From assembly GCA_001643675.2 (NCBI GenBank), contig LSRY02000007.1, forward strand, positions 558,001 to 622,000: a stretch of DNA of 64,000 nt, written 5' to 3'. Origin of the DNA: Monocercomonoides exilis PA203. Taxonomy: Eukaryota; Protista; Preaxostyla. Below, one piece after another: positions 23,344 to 37,415 of this stretch. Numbering within the stretch: position 1 is the stretch's first letter; each line of letters opens with the position of its first letter. The translations under genes and the position numbers were made by a program. The notes under the pieces were generated by a model that was not told the origin of the DNA, searched no databases, and was given only the letters and a program-made list of their open reading frames with translations.

Positions 23344-26300
23344 TCATTTGTTCATGCTTTCAATCAGCTTTCTTGCCTCTGCTGACACGCTCAGCTCCTC
23401 ATCCTCTGACAACTCTTTGTATCCAATCGCATCTGACATCGTAACCATCACTGTGCCGGGAGGGAAGTGCTGGATAAACTCTCTCTTCAGCACATTCAGC
23501 TCCACACGCTCGCACCCTCTCTCCGACAGGCAGCTCTTCACAACTGCCTCAAATGTGTTCCCTCCAACCCCCTTCATGTCTGGCCTCTCCCCATTCACAA
23601 TCTTCTGCCCTGCCACCACTGCCTCATACTCTCCAAATGGGATCTGGAGTGTCAGGCACTCCCACAGCATCATCCCAATCGAGAATGAAACTGACTCCTT
23701 TGTTGCTCCCATCTTCTTGTTCATCTGCAGCTCGGGTGCCTTCCACCTCAGGCACTCCTTCCTGTTGTCATCCTCATTCTCAAAGGCTGATGAGGGTGGT
23801 GGTGAACCTCGACCATTCCTGTTGGCAGATGAGAAGTCAGAGGAAGATGTGATGATGGTGGAGGCGGAGGAGATGGATGAGGAATCTGAATCATCTGAAG
23901 AGAAGTCGGAATGTTTGGCAATGCAGATGATCATGTGCTCTGAGAACAACACAATGTGAGGACTCAGATTGGCAAGGGAGGTCAGCTCGTCTTCTTCATT
24001 CTCAAATGAGTGGAGTGCCCCATTCGCCACCCAGAACAACACCTGCGCAGCTGTGTGTTCTCTCTCCTGCAGAGTGCCTATCGCCATCTCCTTCTTCTCA
24101 TTTCTCCCATGAAGCAGCATGAACAGCGAATCTCTCAGATCCACAATCAGCTTTTCAAACACTGATGAACAGGCAATTGCATCCACCAGATTCGACATGG
24201 ATGAGGTGGTTGGACACAGACTCTCCGATCGAACAAATGTTGAATCTGAATCAGTTGTTGAAGTGGATGAAATGGAAGGTGAAGGAGTTCTCTTTCTTGT
24301 CTCTTCCTCGACCTCCTTCTCATCCACTTTTTCCAATGCCCATTCAGGAATCTTGTCTGAATCTCTGCACAAGATGTATTCAGTGGAGCCACTCTCAGAT
24401 AGAAGATGCTCTGATGACTCTGAATGTTCCAAATTCGTATCATATGCTCTTTTCTTGATCCTCTCATCATTCTTCTTCTCTGCCTCCCTTTCTGCTCTCC
24501 TCCACTGCTCCTCAGGAGACATCTCCATCGTCACCATCTCAAATGCCTTTGGATCCTTTTTGATGTTGTCATTCACAATCTCTCTCAAATTTCTGTTTTC
24601 ATTCTTTGCCTTTCTCCATCGAACTGTCACAATTATGGACACAATTAACAATACAACAACAATTGCCACACAAACAATCAATATCCATGACAACTTTCCT
24701 TCCTTTCCTCCTTCAACAATCATTTCATCTCCTTTTGATTCTGAGACACTCTTGTTCTTCAGAATGAATGACTCAGTTGTGGATGGCAAATTTGCTTTTC
24801 CAAACAGAATGCACACTCTCACTTCCACAGCATTTGCCACTCCTTCAATTGTTTCCACAGGAACAAATCCATGAACCTCTTCTTCTGATATGAAACCTCT
24901 TTCATCAAACAAATGCTTCTCAACCACCTCTTCATCTCCTTCTGCTGCAACTGTTTCGAATGAGAGATTGCAAGGGAGGAGCAGTGATCCTCTGAACACA
25001 AGATTCACCTTCTCCCCTGACTTTTCAGCTGACACATCCTCCACCTTCGGAATGAAAAAGGGAGATGCCCTTTCTCCTGCAATCCCTTCCAGTGTGCATC
25101 CTTCGTCCAATATCCACAGTGAGGTGTTTTTCTCCAATCCATCACCTCCCTTCAAACTCACAACACTCAATTTTGAAGAGCCTTCACACAGGATGTTCCT
25201 TCTTGCTGATGGATAATTCTGAATCGATGGATTGTTTCCCTCAAATTTTCCTTCAGATATCTCAACACATCCACCTGATAATGAAAGCCCCCCTTTCTTC
25301 GAGTTGCTGATTGTGGTGTCTTTCATTGTCACATTGCTTGACTTCACATCCACAACTGATCCATTCCAACCACACAATGGATAATGCTCTTTGTCATTTT
25401 CTTCTTCATCTTCTCCCGAATCGTTATTCTTCTGATGGCTGACTGGCTCATCCATTGCTTTGCCATCAAACAAACACGAAACAACAGACACATCTGAACT
25501 GTCTGAAACCGACAACTGGCTTCCTTTCTCAGCTGAAAGCAGACAATAAGAAAATGAACAATTAATCAGATTCACACTTGTCTTGCTCCTCTCAATCCTC
25601 ACAACACTTTTGTTGTTATTGTTGTTCTCATTTGATGAAATATTCTCAAACATTGCTGCAGATATTCTGAGACTCCCCATTTCTTCATCATTATTTCTTC
25701 CATTTCCATTCATGTTCAGTTCTTCCTTGTTCGTTGAGATCAGACAGCCATTGCTCAATGAGATGTTGGAACAGTTCATTTTTTCAATCGAGACACTTGC
25801 ATTCGATCCAATTGCAACAACATCAGCTTTCGATGTGAGAGACTCCAGAGTCGTTTGGAACAACACAATTTCCGACTCATCTGAAAACAAAAGCAAGGGC
25901 TTTGCAAAAGACAGCCAGCTGAATGATGTCTCGCTCATCTTCAGAACTCCTCCCCAAACAGCCATCACATGTGAATCCAGCTCCAACGAGGCATCGGCTG
26001 CTGTGAATGTGCATTGAGATACTTCCAACGATCCATATGATTCAGCGAATACTGCTGAGTGTGTTGCCTCAAACGAAGAGGCAAATGATATCAGGCAGTT
26101 GCGAACTGTGCAATCCTCCTCAAACAGAACCACACTCTGGGCATCTCCAGTGTGTGGAATGGTTGTGCTCAGCTGGATTGTTGCCTGCTGCTTTGTTGAA
26201 GGCAGGATGGACAGCCCATACACAGTTGTCTCTGAGAGGAAGGTGGATGAGGTGTTGATAAAAATGGTGTTGAGCAGTCCTGGCTGGATGTGGTGAACAG

Positions 26301-29300
26301 CAGATGAGATGCTCTGGCAGGGGTTTGTTGGCAATCCACACTGGCGAGTGTCTGCCGAATCGAGACACACAAAGATCTGGGGTGCATAGAAGAAGGTGAT
26401 CAAGGGGATCAAGTCCACATCCTGCTCATCAGCATCACTCGCACAGATGGACTTGTTCGATTGGAGCGACTCCTGGGAGAAGTCGAGGGCAAAGAGTGTT
26501 TCGTTGATCTGCTGCTCGATCGACTGGCAGCTGATGAATATATCCTTCCCCACCAGTGCATCATTCATTGTGAATCGGATCTCTGAAATCTTCAGTGGGA
26601 GAAAAGATGAGCCATCCGGTGCTGGTGTTGGTGAAGGTGCTGGTGATGAGAGATCCACACAATCAAACATCATTCCTCCTCCTCTCCCAACCACAGTCGA
26701 GCACCTGCAGAGTGTGAATGAGCATTGCCTCACCTCCACCGATGACTCCTCGCTCTTCACACACATCATCAGTGCCCCTCCCCTTTCACTCGCCTCACTC
26801 ACACACCGGCTGAATGTGCACTTCTCAACAACACTCTCCACAGCATCGAACACTCCGAGACAAAGAATGGTTGCACTGTCACCAGAGCATGTGTTGTTGA
26901 CAAATGAGGATGACTGGATTTGGAGAGAGCAACAAGACTTGTCTGACGCTTCATTGTGAGCAGATGAATTCACAGGCAGATGAGATGGTGTTCTTTCGAA
27001 TGACACAAGAGAGCACGAAGATATCGAGACATTCGAGACTGTCATGTTGGAAAGGGTGATTGACTGAGAAGGAAGTGAAACAAGGAGAAATGGGTGAGTG
27101 GATGAAAATGAGGACAGTGAACAGTTATCAATCAGCAGATTTCCCTCTGAAACACTCAGCAAAGTGAATGAGACAGGCTCACTTGAACTTTGAGGGGTGA
27201 AAGAGCAGTGCTTCATTTGGAGAAGCGATGAGGAAGTTGAGGATCTGATGAATGTTCTGCGATGGGCAAATGCTGTTGGGATGTGGAAGGAGAGAACCTC
27301 AAATGAAAGATGGATTGTTGAATGGATCATCCATTCTTCATTTCCAACCGGATCATCAACCACACCAATCCCTGACTCATTGTCTTTCCCAATGAATTTC
27401 ATTGAGATTTGTTCTGATTCAACAGAAGATGAAAGGGAAAGGGATGAGGTGAGTGAGGAAATGTGAGACACTGAGATGGACAATCCATCTTCATCATCAT
27501 CATCAGAAGCACTTCCAGGGAGTGGGGTGAATTTGAGGGAGATGAGATGGGAGATGGATCTGCATGGAGCAACAGCATATCCACATCCACTGAAGTCTCC
27601 TCCTTCCTCCCCATCGACAAATCCACTCACGCTGAAGTTGCTCCACAGATACACCACAAGCGGAATCACAAACCCAACCCCTGTGCTGCCTCTCTCCCAC
27701 CCACACAGCTCATCCATCGATGACTTCTCCTTCTCACTCATCTCCCAGCAGAAATGCGCGGAATCCACAACCTCATCCAGAGAGCTCCCATTCACAAACA
27801 CATTCTTCCCTTTCCAGGCACAGCACCCCACAAACTTCATATCCAGGAGAACAAACTGAGTTGCTTCATCCTCCAATGATAGAAATATACCCCCACCAAG
27901 TCCTCTCCCACCGATCTCTCTTTCTCTTTCTCTTTCTGTTTCAATGTCTTCTTCAGGAACTCCACAACCAATCATTTCTGTGTTGTTGTCCTTCAACTCA
28001 CATTCCTTTGCCAGCTCAATCAGCATTCCTCCTCCCTTGAGGTTGTTTCCCTGGACACACGATGAATTCACTGTGCAATTATCAACTGTTATCCACCTGG
28101 CTCCTTCATCCATCCCAGTCACACTCAGCCATCCTCCATCACCACCTGAGTGCTTGATCCCAAGGATCTCAGATTTCTTGATTGTGATGTTTTTTCCATT
28201 GGTTATTGAGATTGGAGAAGAAACTGAAAACTCAACTTCTGAATACATTGAGAATTCATTAAGTGTCAGATCCCCCCTTTCCACCAAAATAACAGAAATG
28301 GCAATTCCCTCAGAATCTGGTTCTTCGACAAAGGTGATAGAACAGATTGAAAGGCTGAGTGCAGATGAAGATTGAAAGAACGCTTTTCTGCTCTGGTGGA
28401 ATGCTCTTGGAAGAACAAAGCTGAGTCCTGATATGGACAGACTGTTGCTGCACTGAAACATTCCGTCTTGTGTTGCATCTCCATTGTCACTCACACTCAT
28501 AGTTATTTCATTTTCTTTTGAAAAGGATGAAGATGATGAGAGAAGAAGAGGGAACAAAGCCACTGAGATTTGGGTGCTGATTGAAGAAGAAGAGGAGATT
28601 TCAATCTCATTGATTGTTTGTGAAACCCTCTTGTTGGCACAGAAATCAATCGATCTGCAACAGAACAAAGGAAATCCACACTTCGTGTGATCTGCTCCTT
28701 TTGTTCCATCAACCATCACTGGACTTGGCATGGGGCACAAATATACATGCAGAGGAATAATTGGATCATCCTCTCCATTTTCACATCCACTCAGCCTTGC
28801 TCTATCTGATGGGAGAATTGAATGATCAAAAAACCCGAATGAAGATGTATTGATCAACAATTCCAACTGGACTCCATTCCCACACCGGACAAACACATCT
28901 TTCCCATCTCTCGCAATGTTCGCCTTCTCACTCGAAAACTGCACTCCTTGTTCAATCATCAACAAACACTCTGCATCTCCCACTTGAACAAACACTCCTC
29001 CTCCACATCCATCCTCTTCTCCTTCTTCTCTCTTTCCTGCACAGCACCCTTCTAACTTCGATGATCCATTCACAACCATTTCATCATTGCCTCTCAGACG
29101 CACATGCATCCCTCCCCCTTTTGCTCTGTTTCCCTTTGCCCAACATCCATTCAATGTGCAGTTATCAATTATCAGTTGATTCTTTTCTGATTCATGGGCA
29201 TTTGTCTCATCCTCAACACAAACACAAATACAAGCTCCATCCCCATTCTCTTTTGTGATTCCCTCAAAAACACACTCAACACAATTCATAACAAAACCAC

Positions 29301-32300
29301 TTCCCTTCCCTTCAATCAACGAATGGGATGAAAACACCATTGCTCCTTTTGTCTCAAACATTTCCATCTTCAACTCCCCTCCAACCACACTCACAAAGCA
29401 GAATCCAATCACACTCCCCGAATCAGATGCTGAATTCATTGATGAACAGTTTGAGAGAGTGAGAGAGGAAGTGGAAGTGGGGAGTGTGATGAAAGAGTGG
29501 GCATTTGAAAGAGAAGAAGGAAGGGAGAAGCAGATGTTGTATATTGAACATTCTGTGGAAACACTCATCAGCCATTGATTGGAGAGCTCTGCTTGTGGTG
29601 CATGCACACCAACAACCATTCCCCTTTCCTCACACGAGATGTTCCAAACTGGTCCGTCCATCACCATCTCCTCATCCAGCTCATATCCCTCTCCAACAAC
29701 AATCTGCCTTTGTGATGAACCAAATCTGAGCTGAGCTGCATGCATTATCGTCTGACATGGGTAATTGCTGAATCCACAAAAATTCGAATCAAAAACCCAG
29801 TTTCCTTCAGTTCCTCCAACATGTGCTGGTGGTTGGAATGACTCCCAAAACACATTCAAAGGAAACATTCCCATCTCACTCCGACTTCTATCAAAACCCA
29901 TCAACTCTTCAAATCCCAGCCCATTCAGTGAAACACAAATCTTCTCCAAATTGATTGTCTCGCCATTCATGTTGCTCCCATTTACAAAGATATCTCTCCC
30001 TCCCTCTCTTGCCTCACAATCCACAAAACTCACTGATGAAATCACAAAGTCTGCTGCCCCATCCCCCAGCCAAAGATACAATCCTCCTCCACACTTGCTG
30101 CATGAACATGAATCGAGTGTGGTCGGAAACGAAGAAGATCCCATTCTGAAGGTGCTGGTGGATGATGCCATGTCAACTCTGATCCCTCCTCCATTCCCAC
30201 TCGAACACTCACAGTTCTCGATTGTTGTGTTCCACAGACAAAATGACTCTCCCTCACTGATTGCTTTTGACACCACCGCTCCATCCCCTTCTGTTTTTGT
30301 CACATGTGAAAAGTTGGAGTTAGCAACAAAACACTCATCACTGTTTGGAAGAAGAGAAGATGAAGACGATACAAACAATGAAGCAGAAGAGGTTTCTTGA
30401 AAGAGACTGGCCTTGGACAACACATTCTCGACAATGCAATCAGTCATTCGAAAGTTGGCAAAATTCACTTCAAACAAACTGTTCAAATATTCTTTTGAGG
30501 GATGACCTTCCTGATTCAATGGGGTGCTGATTGCAAGCTCTTGGAGAAACAATTGAGAATTCGAGGAGCTCATTCGGAACAATCTTGAACTTTCATGTGA
30601 GTTAAACACAATGCTCAAAGATGACAGTTTGCATATCCCGTCATCAACACTCAAAAACACTTGATCTACCTCAACACGAACTGGATTCAATTGTGTTTCA
30701 TCCTTTCCTCTCCCTTGAATAGAAATTCTCTTTCGCTCCACAACGTATCCATTTTGTTCAGCCATCTCATAAGTTCCCTCGATCAGCATGATTCTGCATC
30801 TGCTCTTTGTTAATGTGTCTTCCAATGTGAATTTCAATGAGCTGCAGCCATCCTCAACTGTCAGCCCACAGAGCGCATTGTTGTTTCCTCCATCTGGAAT
30901 GACATATCTCACAAGAAATCCATTTGGAAGCCACTCATTCTTTGGACCTAATGAGGAGCTCGCACATCTGCTCTCTCCATCTGTCAATGAATAACATTCA
31001 ACAAAAGGATTTTCTATGATTATTTGTGATGTGTCATTCAGATAAACATCTGATGCCTGTGAGGCAGAATTATTGAAGAAGAAGCAATAGAAGCAAAACT
31101 TAGAATTCATTTCAAGAGTTATAACATTAATCCATATTCCTCCTCCATTTGAAGTATTCGCAGAACAATTCTGAAAAATGCATTCGCTCATAATGAAAAA
31201 GTTTGGAGCATTCTTCCCAATATAAAATCCTCCTCCATAAGAACTGTCTGATGTTTCATTTGCAAAAGTGACATTTAATAAAAGGATTGGTGATCCATTT
31301 TCCAAAGAATTCAAATTGCATTCAGTTGATATGGATGTGCTCCTATAATTTAAGAAAATACCACTTCCATATTCAGTTGTGTATCCATTTTTTGCAATTG
31401 AATGAACGATATCATAACACTCGGCATTACAAACAAAGATTGCCCCTCCATGAGAGCCTCCGTTTTCGTTATTTCTTTTTCCAATGCAATGATCGAATGT
31501 GCAGTTTTCAATTCTTGTGCTCAAAGAATCAAAAACACAAATTCCTCCTCCCCATCTGCTGCAGGAACAGTTCTTTGTTCAAAAAAAAAAGAGAGAGAGA
31601 AAGTTTCCAATAATTAAAACAAAAAATCAAAAATGACTCAAACCATGAAAATACAGCTATGAACATTCAATGAAGATGATGAGCTATTGAACAAGATGGC
31701 CCCTCCACAAGTGTGAAATCCAATATCTGTTGCCGAATAATCAGTGACATGCTGATTGACAAATTCGGTGTATTCAAAACTTTGATCGTCATTGACCTCC
31801 ACTCTCGAGCCATTGTTCATTGTTCTGGCACAATGCATCACACTTGTGTTGAAAACATGCAATTCATGATTTCTGTCTCCAATTCCTCCACAAAACACAT
31901 TTTCAACACCACGCAATTCACATCCAGAAATGATGAATGCCCCATTTCCACTCTGAAGCTCTGATGTCTCTGAACAAAATGGATCCTTCTTTTGAGTGGA
32001 AGAAATGTTTGAGAAGACACATTTGGCAATGGACAAAGAAGACGAATGTGAGGATTCAATAATCGGAGCCTTTTCAAATACAAGATCATTAAATGTCGAA
32101 GATGACAATATGATTGCTTCAAAATCTTTCACAATCAATCTCTTGTTGGCTGAATGCTCAGAAACCAATAATTGTGGAATTTGATTTCTTTGGAACTTTA
32201 TGTTCATTGATATGTTGTTGAACAGTGCTCTTCCATGGGCAATTCTGAAAAGACCATTTGTCTTTTCATCGTTGCACAATATCATGCACCCAAGAACAAC

Positions 32301-32630
32301 AACATTTGACGAAGTGCCATCAACTATATTTGTTCCTCCTCTTGTTTGCAGCATTTGCTTCGAGAACGTTATGGATGTGTTCATCAATAAAAATGAAGTT
32401 TTCAAACATGAAAACTCATATATTCTGTTATCTCGAAATTGCACTGATTGATCTTCACTGTTATTATTTTGTGAATAATTCGATTTTGGATTGGATAATG
32501 AATATTCATCGTTTTTGGAGAATCCGAAAAGGAATGATTCTCCATTTGCACATCCCAAAGAATTGACTTCAAAAGCATTGATATTCAAGTGAAAACTCAG
32601 AGTTGCAACAAGATGAATGATTGGCAGCAT
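23344..32630 (-). CDS. Giant single-pass receptor-like protein (~3071 aa) with C-terminal pseudokinase; intron 31573-31643
   Basis: A 71-nt GT-AG intron joins the 330-aa and 2726-aa ORFs in frame (IFM|NCSCSRWGGGI). Hydrophobic N-terminus, many GGG/GGA motifs, five CG....C.S/TI hinges, TM WILIVCVAIVVVLLIVSIIVTV-RWRK, and kinase subdomains VIII-XI (RWKAPE, FSIGMMLWE, IPF, ERP). Confidence 0.9.
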
Positions 32631-34574
32631 GCAGGAATGAATTTTGATTTTTCCTGCACTTTTGTTTTTCTTAAATATGGGTGTTAATAACCAGAACGAT
32701 TTTGAAAATGATTAGTTGCTTTGATTGGCAATTGATGTTTGCAACACACTTTCAACTGAAAATAAAAACAAATAGTTGACTTTGAAATATAAATTCGAAA
32801 ATTGTTTCGATTCAATTACAAAAAATATCTTTTGTCTTATTTGATTGTTTTTTCTGTTGCAATTATTTCAAGCATGAATCAAAATGTCTGTTCTCATATG
32901 TTTATTTGTGCGCTTCATTTCAATGATATTTGAATCTCCTTGTTCTTGTTGAGTCATTCATTATACCAAATACTGCTGTTATAATTTCAAAGAAATGCAA
33001 AAAGCACATATTTCACATTCTATCTAGTTTGGATTCCAAAATAAAGTGACATGCTTGCCACATTCGTAAAATAAACTTTCCAAAGCTGAGTCAATGAATA
33101 AATTTATTATTAAAGAATTGAAAATGAAAAATGAAAACGATATCTTTCAAATCGATGAGGAAATAATAAACGCAATTTTTCAGGTTTTAATCGAGTAATT
33201 CCTTTGACAATTTATTTGTCAATTTTTTTTCCGTTCAATTGACATGCAAGTGTGAATTTGTAATTTTTTTATCAAGCGGAATTAGAAGAGGATAATTGCT
33301 AAAGCTCAATATGATGAGGTTTGGATAGTTTTGAGTTTGCACTCCCAAATAGAGATCTAGGTGTGTGAATGGTTATGGTGAATGAATATTGTTTTCATTT
33401 TTTGAAAATGTTGACTTTCTGAAGACTTATGGTTTTTGTGAATATTTATCTGAATGGATCAAAGAAAGAGACGAACAAAAAGAATAAAATTATTAATCTT
33501 TGCAACTTTGGGAAAATAGTGAAGGAAGACTAATGATTTTTGATAATTACGCATTATTTCGAATTAATATGGATTATCCAATTCTTGAGAATGGTGAAGG
33601 AGTCTGTCTCAAAATGAAAAAGGTGCAGTCAGTTATTGATAATTTCAAAATTTCCAAAATCGACTTTTGAGTTAAAAGGTGTAAAGAAATTGGAAAAATA
33701 GCAAAGCATCAAAAAATTACGCGACAATATTTTCATTATTGAGTGAAATATCTCCAGAAAAGAAGAAAAATGGGAAATAAAAGACCACAGAAACCGAAAT
33801 TGAACATCCCTCGTCAGAAAAGAAGACTAATTGACAATATATAATTTTGTTTGAATTTTATGAGCAGGAAATTTTGATTGATAATTATTCAACTGAGTGT
33901 TTTTAACAGAAAAAGTATATTAGACTGTAGAATATGATGTGTTGAACCCAAAAGCTCTAATCTCACAAACAAAAGATGAATCTATATTTTTGCCCAATCA
34001 AATGCAATATGGACTCATTTTTTGTTTCACTTCTTCTATCTCAGAAGCTCTGTGACTAACATTTTGACTGTTATCTCTTTAATGTTGCTAATTCAAAGAT
34101 TATAGATCTTCACTTCAAATTCTTCAAATTTATCTGTTTCTTAAAATGATTGAAAAATACAATCTTGATTTTTTGTTGATCAATTGATAATCATCTCTAT
34201 AAATATAAGCTGCTTTGAATGAATGCAACCAACAATAACAAATTTCACCAATGAAAACTTTCCAAGAAATATTCAATCTCATGTCAAAAACATAAAAACA
34301 GGTCAAGTGTATTTATTTAATGGTATTTACAGTCACTTGTGCACAGCAATGAAATATTGCTTATCTTCCAAAGTTTTATTTAAGAAAATTGATCACGAAT
34401 TAATAAAAATTTTAATCAATAATTTTTTGAATATACTGTTAAATACAGAAAAATTTGCATATATATAACGAATAAATTGTTTTAAATATGTTTGCTATTC
34501 ATTTTCTTTGGGATACTTTATGAAAAAAGTTACGTTAAGTTTCAATATTTATTATTTCGAAATATTTCTGAAGA

Positions 34575-37012
34575 ATGATTTCTGAAGGATGGTTTAATTT
34601 CAAGGTTAGCAATGAAAAGGATTTTTCTATGGTTTCAACAAAAGTTTTTCATCCAGGGGATGTTATTTGCAAAGAAAAAGCGTTTTGCTCAACTTTATTT
34701 GATTTCGAATCCATTCAGAGATGTCATGGATGTTTTAAGCGTATAAATGAATCCGAAATGATGAGGTGCTCTCAATGCAAATTAGCTTTCTATTGTTCAA
34801 AAGAGTGTCAATTAAAACATTGGAAAGGTGGATTACACAAACTTGAATGCAAAGCTTTCTCTCGTTTGAAACAAAGCAATATTAGCCATGAAATTATTCA
34901 CAATGTTCGTCTGATTGCGAGGTACTTTGAATTTGCAAAAAGAACAGAACCGAATGAAAAAGATCAACTTTTAAGCAAAAGGATTGATCAACTTAGAAAT
35001 ATGCCACAATTTTGTTTGGAAAAGCTGAACAGAAAAGAACAGCCTGCAGTTCGTGAGATACTACTATGCGATTTTATGAGATTAGACGATCACTACATGC
35101 AAATAGATTCAAACTTTAAAGAGTATATCAAACAGGAATCAAAGAAAGTTATGGAAGCATTTGATGAAAATGAAACAAATAGCGCAAAATATATTTCTGA
35201 CTGCAATATCTTGAATGAGATTGAACGAATTTTGCTCAAGAATATGATGAACTCTGTTGTAACTATGCCGTGCATGACTGAGGATTGTGCTGTTATGGAA
35301 GTTTTGCTTGTTCATCTGTCAATGATGAACCATTCGTGCCATCCAAATTGCACGTGGTATTGGCATCACGATGGAAGCGTGGAAGTGAAAGCAATAACGA
35401 ACATATCTTGTGGGGATGAGTTAACTGTGAATTATAACTCAAAAGAATGCTTACTTGAGAAGGTTAGAAGAATACAACAAGAGAATAAGCAAATTTCTTC
35501 AGATGAAATGTTTGGGTTGAGAAGAAATATAATGACTTACGATGTATGGAAAAGGCAGCAAATGCTATTAGACTCTCATATGTTTTTCTGCCGATGTGAA
35601 AGATGCAGTAGTGAACTTTTAAAAAAAAGGATTTTTTCTGAAAAGGTTACTCAAGAAAAAGAATCCACAAAAGGAACTGATTTAAGCATTGAGGTCAATC
35701 AACCATCTTTATTAGATGCTTTTGAATGCACATGTGGGGGAGCTATGTTTACTGTTTTAGGAAGTTTTACTTCAATAGAAGAACCGAAAGCATTTCCTTA
35801 CATTGCAGATGGAACCTTATCATCAGTTTCTTCCTCTGATGACGAGGCTCCTTGTCTTCCTAAAGGCGATTCTTCATTTTCCCAGCATTGCATGTCGTCA
35901 ATGCCAGTGGAGTTACTGGGCATAAAAGAATCATCTCTTTCCGACGATTGCGATGAGCTAATAAAAACATTTGTTCCTCTTGAAAAAGGACCTCTATGTT
36001 GTGCAGTGTGCCATCGATGTCTTTTCAAAGATGAAAGCGAGCAAAAGGCATTCAGAGACTATCAAATGTCTATTCGCTGTGAAGTTGAAAGAATCACAGG
36101 TGAGCTTAATGAACAAAAGGAAGAAAATGCTTCAAAGATAATTCAACAGGTTGAAGATATCATTAAATCCATGGAACGTGAGCACTCAATAGAGGTGCCA
36201 CATATTTTGCCTTTCAATGATGAAAAGAAGCAGCTTGAAGGCCAACTTGAAAAATCAGCTCAAAAGTCTTTAGTTGTACCAAAGTTCCATAAGATGAATG
36301 CATTTTATAGAGAAGTTAAGAAGCTCTTCTTTTCGATGCTTGCCTATGATCCTTCACGCCTGGAGCAGAGATACGCAGTTGGAACAGAGCTTGGAGAAGC
36401 AATACAATGTATGTTTGATAGTTAGGATGACTTGTTGTGACTGAAACAACAAATTTGAGTGAAATTATATGAACAATAGTAAGCGATTGAATTTTTAAAT
36501 AAACTATATCTGAATTCGATTAAAATTTATGACTTGACAACCGTATTTTTTAAAACAAAAATTTTCTAAAACATTGCAATTTACATTTTTCAATATTGAT
36601 TATCATTGCTTTTAATTTTTCTTTTTGACAGATGGATATGATTTTCTTCCTTCGTCAGAAATTGCAGATTTTTACACTGAACTATCTCAACTTGCAACAA
36701 GATTGCAAAAGCAGCAGGATGCGCTGAAGTTTATGAAAATAGTATGAATATTTATTTATTTATTTATTTGTTTGTTTGTTTGTTTGTTTGTTTGTTTGTT
36801 TGTTTGTTTGTTTTGTACGTTTTTAATACCTTAAATCTGTTCTTCTTTTCTGTCCAATCGATTTCTCGTTATTTTCCCTTTTGTTTTCGTTGAATGTGAA
36901 ATTTTAGGCGCTTCATTCGCTTTCGATTTGCGAGGATGCTTCTTCACCTTCTCTTGTAGGGCTTCGTCGCTTCATTGAAGCTCAAACATCAAAGGGAGAC
37001 GCAGAATGCTAA
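34575..37012 (+). CDS. SET and MYND domain (SMYD-type) lysine methyltransferase; exons 34575-36408, 36632-36741, 36908-37012
   Basis: Split SET domain with MYND finger (CHGC..CSQCKLAFYCSKECQLKHW..HKLEC), NHSCHPN, GDELTVNY and post-SET FFCRCERC. Two GT-AG introns keep the frame to TAA at 37012. Confidence 0.92.
36750..36812. repeat. (TTTA)n(TTTG)n intronic microsatellite
   Basis: Visible tetramer runs in SMYD intron 2. Confidence 0.9.
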
Positions 37013-37415
37013 AATAACAATTATTGTTTTAACTGACTGACATTTTAATTGACACTGCCCAATTTTTGTTTTTCAAAAGCTTTCTTTTCAACCCTTTTCA
37101 GTAATTCGTTCGTTCGTACATAAAAATTCAACAAATATCGTTGAATTTAAAAAAAAAATCAACATGTTTTGAATACCACAAATTATATCTTTACGAAGAA
37201 AAATAAAAAATGAATAAACTGGCAAACGAAAAGACACAAAAATGTAAAGCATAAACGCAAATAGAAAGAACTTAAACTCAAATGGTTCATCTTAGTCATT
37301 AAAAAACAAAATATTTTTCGCTAATTAATCCAAAAATGGAGACAAAGATAAAAGAACAATTTAACCTGTTTCTCTTTTGCAAAACTGGTAAAAAATATCA
37401 CACGCTCAGTTTATT

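Noticed and set aside
23348-31617. Many plus-strand ORFs opposite the giant receptor
   Set aside because: Antisense shadows of a long ORF with biased codon usage; no recognisable motifs.
32900-34200. Possible decayed element, with faint similarity of ~33520-33590 to ~7830-7895
   Set aside because: Too short and AT-rich to support without a computed alignment.
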